Source: Octopus vulgaris
Taxonomy: Eukaryota
Reading direction: 5' to 3'
NCBI GenBank assembly: GCA_951406725.2
Contig: OX597815.1
Coordinates: 26,412,001-26,476,000, forward strand
Length of the DNA: 64,000 bases
Shown piece after piece: positions 55,467 to 64,000 of this stretch (the first letter of the stretch is position 1; each line of letters begins with the position of its first letter). Under the pieces are notes generated by a model. That model worked only from the letters and a program-made list of their open reading frames with translations. It had not been told where the DNA came from and did not search any database. Position numbers and translations under genes: made by a program.

Positions 55467-56256
55467 TGTATTATGTATGTATGTATGTATGTATGTATGT
55501 ATGTATGTATGTATGTACGTATATCTACATATGCAGGAGAGGAGGGAAAAGCGCAGAATGAAAACAGTTTTTTCGCCAAAAAGAAAATATTTAAAAAAAA
55601 TATAGAGAAATAAAAAGATTAAGGGGAGGCAGAAACTACGGGGACAAGAACAATGAAGATAGAAGGAGACGAGAGGAAAGGATAGGAAGAAAGAAACGAA
55701 CTAAAGAGCATGAAAGTTGGGGGGAGGATTACAAGTGGTGGAGAATAAAAGGTTAAGTGGAAGAAGGAAGAAGGGAGATAAGGAGTTTAATTGACAGGTG
55801 AGAAAAGAAATGTAATCTTATACTGTTGGAAGATTCAACACAATACAAGTGCCATGAAGTCCCTTTGGTGTTCGGAGCGTAAATATATCTGGGACGTTAT
55901 AAGGTGCATGACACAACAACAGCTGGACCATGTCAACGATGTCTCATGCTTTTACGAAGATCAATGGATGAAAAGTTAAGTACAGTTTACGATATATACA
56001 AAAAAAAAATGACACGTAGTTCAGGAAAGTTACAACAATCTGATCCTAGATAAAGAGAGAAGCAAATATCGTGAAGACTACAAAAGTTCCTCGCATTTTT
56101 CCAAACGGTTTAGGTTACATCCAGATATGTGCAATGCATTTTCCTAGTATTTTGCGAGCTAAGGGATGCACTTTGTAGTGCATCCTTTAAATAGATGTAT
56201 CATACAACAGATTTGCAAACGTCTATGAATACATATGTCTATAAATGAATGCGTGG

Positions 56257-56343
<87 letters not shown>

Positions 56344-56439
56344 TTAGCTGCTTTCTCGTATACAAAGCAAAGTCATTGCTAGAATGAATCACTGAAATGA
56401 ATCATCATTGGTATTTATATATATATCTGTGTTTGTATG

Positions 56440-56642
56440 TTTATGTGTCTGTGTTTGAACCCCCTACCATCACTTGACAACCGATGCTTGTGTGTTTACG
56501 TCCTTGTAACTTAGCGGTTCGGCACAGGAGACCGATAGGATAAGTTTACAAAGAATGTCCTGTGGTCGATTTGTTCGACTAAAGACGGTGCTCCAGCATG
56601 GCCGCAGTCAAATTACCGAAACAAGCAAAAGAATAAAAGAAC
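56440..56642 (+). mobile_element. SINE family B, 3' half
   Basis: gacaaccgatg..gtaacttagcggttcggc..cggtgctccagcatggccgcagtcaa. Confidence 0.85.
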
Positions 56643-56667
56643 AAAAGAATATATTATGTATGTATAC

Positions 56668-56720
<53 letters not shown>

Positions 56721-56752
56721 TGTATATGTATATATGTATACATGTGTGTATG

Positions 56753-56796
<44 letters not shown>

Positions 56797-56847
56797 TATA
56801 TATATATATATAATTACATATAGACACACGCACATATAGGTACACAC

Positions 56848-56896
<49 letters not shown>

Positions 56897-57252
56897 ATGT
56901 GGTATGATTGCTAATACGGAAACAACGTGAAAGAGAACCAAAATATTTACGAAGAGCTATATTTTCTGTAATTTTATAAATTAGATTAATCTGTGTGGCT
57001 GTATGCGTGCGTGTTTATATATGTATATATATGTATGTACGCATGTATGTATTTATGTATGTATATGTGAGAGAATGTTGGTCGACATATATAATTATAA
57101 ATATTCCTCCTTTGTGCTGAATTAAATATACTAACTATAATTAGTATAATATTGCAATTCCCTATATTCTGTGATGTTTAGCACTATTCTAGTGGTGTAC
57201 AATATCAGTTTCTTTATTCAGCAGCAGGCGTACATTATCTTATCTATCTATC

Positions 57253-57296
<44 letters not shown>

Positions 57297-57813
57297 CATG
57301 CATGTACGTATGTATGTATGTATGTATGTATGTATGTATGTATGTATGTATGTATGTATGTATGTATGTATGTGTGTGTGTGTATGTATGTATGTATGTA
57401 TGTATGTATGTATGTATGTATGTATGTATGTGTGTGTATGTATGTATGTATGTATGTATGTATATATGTATGTATGTGTGTATGTATGTATGTATGTATG
57501 TATATGTTCCTTAAGTTTTCTGTTACTTATTTGTTCACCTGATACGTATCATCCATCCATCCTTGTTTACGTGTTATTTGTTAAAGAGAAACGGTATATA
57601 TCAAAGTTTAATTCTTATAACCCATGTCACTACTTTTGACGGGTGTGGAATATATATCTGAATCAACTCCACTATATATCACTCGTAATTTAGTAAATTA
57701 TTGTTTTCATAAATACATAATCCTCCTTGTGTGGTTATCTTCTGGTTAATGTAATTTTCATACATACATACACTCATACATACATACATACATACATACA
57801 TACATACATACAT

Positions 57814-57846
<33 letters not shown>

Positions 57847-57864
57847 TATACATATATGCATACA

Positions 57865-57959
<95 letters not shown>

Positions 57960-58250
57960 TGCAAATAAGAAAATGGAGAAGCACAATAGTTCGTTCATAA
58001 ACTTTAGGACATTAAAATGTTAACTTATTTATTTATCAAAACGACAACCATAACAACATACAAACATATAGTATCTCGTTACCTTCACCCATTTGATACA
58101 ATAGGTAAGTTAATTGCAGTGCAATTAAAAACACTTGTGTATTAATAATTGGGTATTATATCAGCAGTATATTGGATAGATATTATCCCTTAGTGAGTTG
58201 GACCCACAACTCCTAACTTTCTTGGAGTTATATATATATTTATATGTGTG

Positions 58251-58337
<87 letters not shown>

Positions 58338-58364
58338 ATATATGTATATAAGTATGTATATATC

Positions 58365-58590
58365 AGAGATGAAAACAGATCCCATCACATTCAAACGAAA
58401 CTCGAACAAATTCCTTTAAGGGTAAGATAAGTCACTTGTACCTGGATACGTTTCAGTCAACAACAACTCCGTACTTGAATAGTCCGTGATGCTACAAAAT
58501 TTGACTTTAAAATGAGTTAACAGAAGCGTTCAGAGATGCTATTAAATTAGACATGTCCTGTGCCAATCTTGGACCGAAACATATCTAAAT
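58365..58590 (+). mobile_element. LINE 3' end, same family as 39690-40092
   Basis: aacagatcccatcacattcaaac..cctggatac..aacaactcc..ttagacatg.cctg..ccaatct.gg.cgaaacatatctaa matches the reverse complement of 39705-39920. Confidence 0.78.
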
Positions 58591-58830
58591 CATCGCAGTT
58601 ATATATAATTTTATTCATATTATTTTTTCCACTTATTGTTTTCTCTTACAATGACCAATGTGAGAAAGAAGTCGATCTAGATTTAAAGAATTAGGTTAGA
58701 GTCTGATAGCGGTGAATGAGAAATGTAGAAAAAAAATGTACAATGAAATCAGCAAATTTATTAAGATACATTAAAATTATCATTTTAAAGATATTTTTAT
58801 CGCTTTTGATTGCCCCAAGGCATTGTTTCA

Positions 58831-58988
<158 letters not shown>

Positions 58989-59058
58989 ATTACAATTATA
59001 CATATATACAATAATCTCTAACAATTTTAAAAGACATAAATATATTTGTATATATGTG

Positions 59059-59111
<53 letters not shown>

Positions 59112-59529
59112 CATCACTCTAATAAAGCTTAGCTGTATCATTTACATTTTATGCATGACTATCTTGGCAACTGAATCTGTAAGAAACAGCAGCTACATTT
59201 AACCCAATAACAATGCAATCGTAAGTATAATATGCTTTTAAAGAAGACGAAATGGTCAAAGCTGATCGGATCATTCAAGGCTAACCTTTTTCTAAAACAA
59301 CAAATAATTATAATAATTATAAAATAACTAATTATACTTATATATCTTTTAGGTACTAACATGACCTCATGTTTACAAATGGATTCTCCTTTACATACCA
59401 GATTTGTCCAAAAACTAACCCCCATACGCTTTCAACAATGGTGTACATTTATATATTTCAGTGTTATGTATGAAACACACTCGTAAAGTTATTGTATCTA
59501 TCTATCTATCTCTCTCTCTCTCTCTCTCT

Positions 59530-59596
<67 letters not shown>

Positions 59597-59635
59597 CTGT
59601 ATATCTATCTATTTATCTAGCTATCTATCTGTTTT

Positions 59636-59667
<32 letters not shown>

Positions 59668-60337
59668 CGCATACGCAGGGAGATTGATAGAGAAAGAGGA
59701 ATTATATACATATTACATATAACAATACAGAGCCCTAATTACACCATCCGGAATAGTATGAAAATATGAGAACAACTACAATAATACTCTAGCGTTTGAT
59801 GCGCAATTATCGTACCTAACAATAATATAGCAACAATTTACACAGTATATATAACATAGCCTGGGGTACTGATGGGCTGCATTGAAGTAGCAGCACCAAA
59901 CCAACCAACTAAATCGCCTCAACCACATTTACACACCAAATTACTTTGTACCAACCGAAGTACTTTTTAACACAGTGTAGGTATTCTTGTTGTATTAACA
60001 AAAGTATACTAACAATTTATAATACTTTAATGACTCACGTGAAAATTCTTTCATACAATAATTAGCGGATCTTAATTATTCTATGTTTTGGGTGTATTTC
60101 AATTATTGGATCAAGTATATTTGAAGGATTAAATGATAATTTAACAATAACAGTTAAACGTTGATATCATACACGCACTCTTCTTTCATCTGTTTCTTCT
60201 CCAGTTCATTCTTCTTCTTTTGATTATTACTATGTATCATTTCATAAAGATTTCAAAACAAATGAAAAGAAAAAGAATGTTTTGCAGTGTTGTTTTCAAT
60301 GTACTGGCATTCTTTTGGCAATATACATCAAGGCCAA

Positions 60338-60528
60338 GGCGCGTGCTTTCAGAATCGTTAACAGACCGGGCAAAAATGCTTAGCGGCATTTCGTCCGTCT
60401 TTACGTTCTGAGTACAAATTTTGCCGAGGTCGACTTTGCCTTTCATCCTTTCGGGGTTGAACACTGAGGTTCATGTAATCGACTTAAACCCTCCTCCGGA
60501 CTTGATGGCCTTGTCCAAAATTTGAAAT
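60338..60528 (+). mobile_element. SINE family A
   Basis: cagaatcgtta..aaatgcttagcggcatttcgtc..gccgaggtcgactttgcctttcatcctttcgggg. Confidence 0.85.
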
Positions 60529-63500
60529 CAGTATTTATCAAGGTCAATGTTTTTGCCTTATGTTATTTGATACAGTCCCTCAGCATTGAAGCTAACACAT
60601 CTGGCTTTGGAAACGCTTTTTGTACAGCTATTGTCAGATACTTCCATAGACAAGACACTAGCTTTTTGGAATACCTTCCCAGGAAGTTTTGCTTGGTTCG
60701 CTATTAGGTGTCTAAATAGTTTGAAGCATATAGTGTAGCCGGTCAACAAGACAGACTAACGGATCTAGTGAAAACTTAAGTGACACACATACTTCTGTCA
60801 GTTATTAATGATATGGATTCGAATACCAGTTTATGTAACATGAGTTTAAAACATCATGAAGCCGTTTTACTATCAAGCCTTATCTTCTAGATCTATATTG
60901 TGTGGTAGATGATAGACTTTTTTTTACTGAAACACCATGTTTGTGTTCCTTGGGAGACGAAAATTTTTGTTTTTCTCGATAGATATTAACTACGCCTATG
61001 AAGCAAAATGCTTTCAACCGAATGTTGAAATCAGATCGCACAACCCTTTCATCTGGAATTTATCTTTTTCTCTAATTACTTTTTTATTGTTTACATAATA
61101 TTTCATGCATATTTCGCGGGGATTACAAAGGGAAAGAGGACATCTAAACAATATTTTATTCCCAGAACATCGGAAAACTCTTTACAAGAGAAAACAAACG
61201 AGTCAGTAATGGTAGAATACATATGATGAGAGATTGTACAATGAGAAACACATAAGCAGTTCTGAGATATACTTTCCATTATAGATAAAAGTAAAAATAA
61301 TTATTACAAACAGAAGAGATATATATATATAACGCTGAGAACCTAATCATTTTGAGATAAAGCTAGCGTTTCGGTATGGCTGTCGTTGCTAAAAATTAGT
61401 TAAAATATAATTTAAATTGACATACGCATGTCTTAGAGATAAGTGGTCAGAGGAAAACAAAACTGAGAAATTGTGTAAAATCAAAGCTTGTGAATTCAAT
61501 CCCAATCTAAAGATATGATTTACATATGATAGCCTGCACTAACAAAGATCAAACTATTTAAATTGTGAATAGTAGGATCCACTGAACCTAGTAATAGTAC
61601 TTAGAATGGCCAGTGCCGCTCGAAAAGTTTGACTTGTTCTTTTACAACGAATCAATTATAACGGAAAATCAATTTACTTCACTTTTGAACTTCTTATATT
61701 TCTATGTAGGAAAACGAATGCAGCAGCTATGGTCTTCGCATCAGAGGCCTATGTTATCACCATCTCTGCTTACTGTTTTCCACTCGCCTTTCTGTCTATA
61801 TGTTTTTGTTTCTTCTGACCAAAACACTTTCATGTGGTCCTTACAACCAATTGCGTAGCTACAGGATCTTCTGTCCTACATCATCGTTCTGACCTCATTT
61901 CTGATCCCTCGTTGGATTATAATTGCATTATAGAATTGTGGTCACTGGATATCATCAGGATTCGGATATTCATGCAAATCTCAATTGATCTCGTATTCGC
62001 GGGTCATTTCCGCGCTCCATACATGTTCATACCGCTGCGTTATAGATATCAGGAAGCTAAGGGACAACGTCTACACCATATCTCTTTCTGTAATACCCCT
62101 ATTCCTATATTATATCTCTTTCTGTAATACTAGTATGCACTTGTATATGCCACCCCTGGGGGAGTACTCAACAGCTGGGGCTCTCTCTAAATTTCCTTTC
62201 GAGAGCGAGAGTATATGAACATTTCGCTGTTACTTAAAAAGCAAAGACATATCACTTTTCTTGTTCTTCGCTGGATATATTTGTTGGATTTTTACCTTAT
62301 GCATACATTTTCATTCACATTGTGCCTGATCGTATCAAATAACTCTTTATGACCCACGACGCTCGTAAAAGATGAAATGTTATTCTTGGTGGCTGTGTTA
62401 TTTTTGTTGTTCGTATTGTTTATACTGTTTTGTTTTTCATTTGTAACGATGTTTCTAACACTTTTTGGTTTTCCAGTGTACAACTGTGATTAGAACTCTG
62501 TTTTCGCATTAACTGTTTGTTGTGCTTTGCTTTTTAGTCTGCTTTTTGTGTGCTTGAAAATATTTGATGGGAAAGGAATGGATACATTTTTAAAATCTTA
62601 CTGAGGCTACTACTACCACTACTATAGTGGGTAACTCTTCTTTTTACCCCAAAAGCTATTTTGTATACAAACAATACAAACAGCTTCTATAAATATATGT
62701 GTGGACGAGCGTGAGTGTGTTTGTATATGTGTATGTACGCATGCATGCACGCATGTATGTATGTATACCGTTAAAATCAATGTACTCTCTTCCCCCTAGA
62801 ATAATGAGGCGAGCGTTCAAATAACCTGAAACCTGTTGTTGGTAAAACGAAAACAAAAACTTTTCTTCGTCAAATAATCCTTGAAGAAATCACATTTTAG
62901 ACCGAACTATGTAAACCTGATTGCCATTTCCGCTTGGTATCATTTCACACCGTTTAAATTGCTTAAGAAAGACATGAACGTCTTTCATGAATATCTTAAG
63001 AAAGATATGACTGTTAAAATTAATTTGGCCTCTGTTATAAATGTGTGGTTTTATACCTAATTGATTAGTCAGCAATGTACATAATTTATACTGATACCTC
63101 TTAATAATAATGTTATTCAAAAATAATGCTTACTTTAAATACATTAAGTTAATCCAAACTAATAAAAATGTGAATAAATATTTTTGCGATTTGCAATAAT
63201 ATTTCATTGGACTTACCGAGCCTTGTAGAGACTTAGTCATTCTTTGTTTGCTTTTCATAGTACTTTTTAATAGTATGTAGAACCATCCTGTAATATACGC
63301 AAATGTTTTGGTGATAAATGGCCAACGCATTCACGTCAATATGAGCGGAAGAAGAAAAATATTACTGTAAGTTGTATGACTGCCCTTACAGACATTTTGT
63401 TGCTGTAAATTTGAACTCACATGACTTCCATATTAAACCATGGCCGAACTATTCACTCAGCCATTGATACTGCATGAGAACGGCCATTACTCCAAACGGC

Positions 63501-64000
63501 AAAATACCTTTAACGTTTGCTTTGCGATTTTCTGGTAAATTACCCCGAACACATCAAGCCTACTCTAAGAGGCAGTCGAAACAAAATCACTACACCAGCT
63601 GTGACATTTAGCTATTCAATTATTTGGTTAAGAATAGTTAGACGCTTGAAAACACTTCAAAGTGCGCTTTTGTGTGTTTTCTGATTCATTATTCATAGCC
63701 AGAGATTTGGATAAAGTATTTCATTTGAATAGTTTTTGAAAGGCCTTCCTTTCGATTGCCAGTAGCTTCTACAATGTAAAATGAACTATTTCTTTCTATA
63801 TTTTACTCGTATAACACGTCAGAAAACGATCAAGTTAATAAATATAAAAACCAATGAATGATTTTCTCACATGAAGATGAATTTAGATATAAAATGTCCA
63901 CAAACATGAACGAGCAACTAAATGTACAGCTTCTAATTAGAACCAAAATTTACATAAAGGTCATCAAACTTGAATAATGTTGGACATGCAGGTTAGCTTT

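Overview
Eukaryotic, AT-rich, repeat-saturated non-coding DNA. The SINE families and extreme microsatellite load suggest a coleoid cephalopod, most likely Octopus (inference from recognised repeats, not a database result). I find no intact host gene. Nearly all ORFs in the supplied track are microsatellite or SINE artefacts. The window holds dozens of tRNA-head SINEs from at least 4 families, two decayed Penelope-like (PLE) GIY-YIG retroelements, LINE fragments, Tc1/mariner fossils, a non-autonomous Helitron, a hAT MITE and a Mutator-type MITE with a 9-bp TSD. The most notable signal is a dispersed set of short elements, mostly embedded in (TA)n/(CA)n tracts, that carry minimal type I hammerhead ribozyme (HHR) motifs: five clear motifs plus several degraded ones, from at least 4 sequence families. 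Many are fold-back inverted repeats, and one (54114-54532) has an HHR core on each strand. Boundaries were read by eye and are approximate unless a TSD or TIR is quoted.
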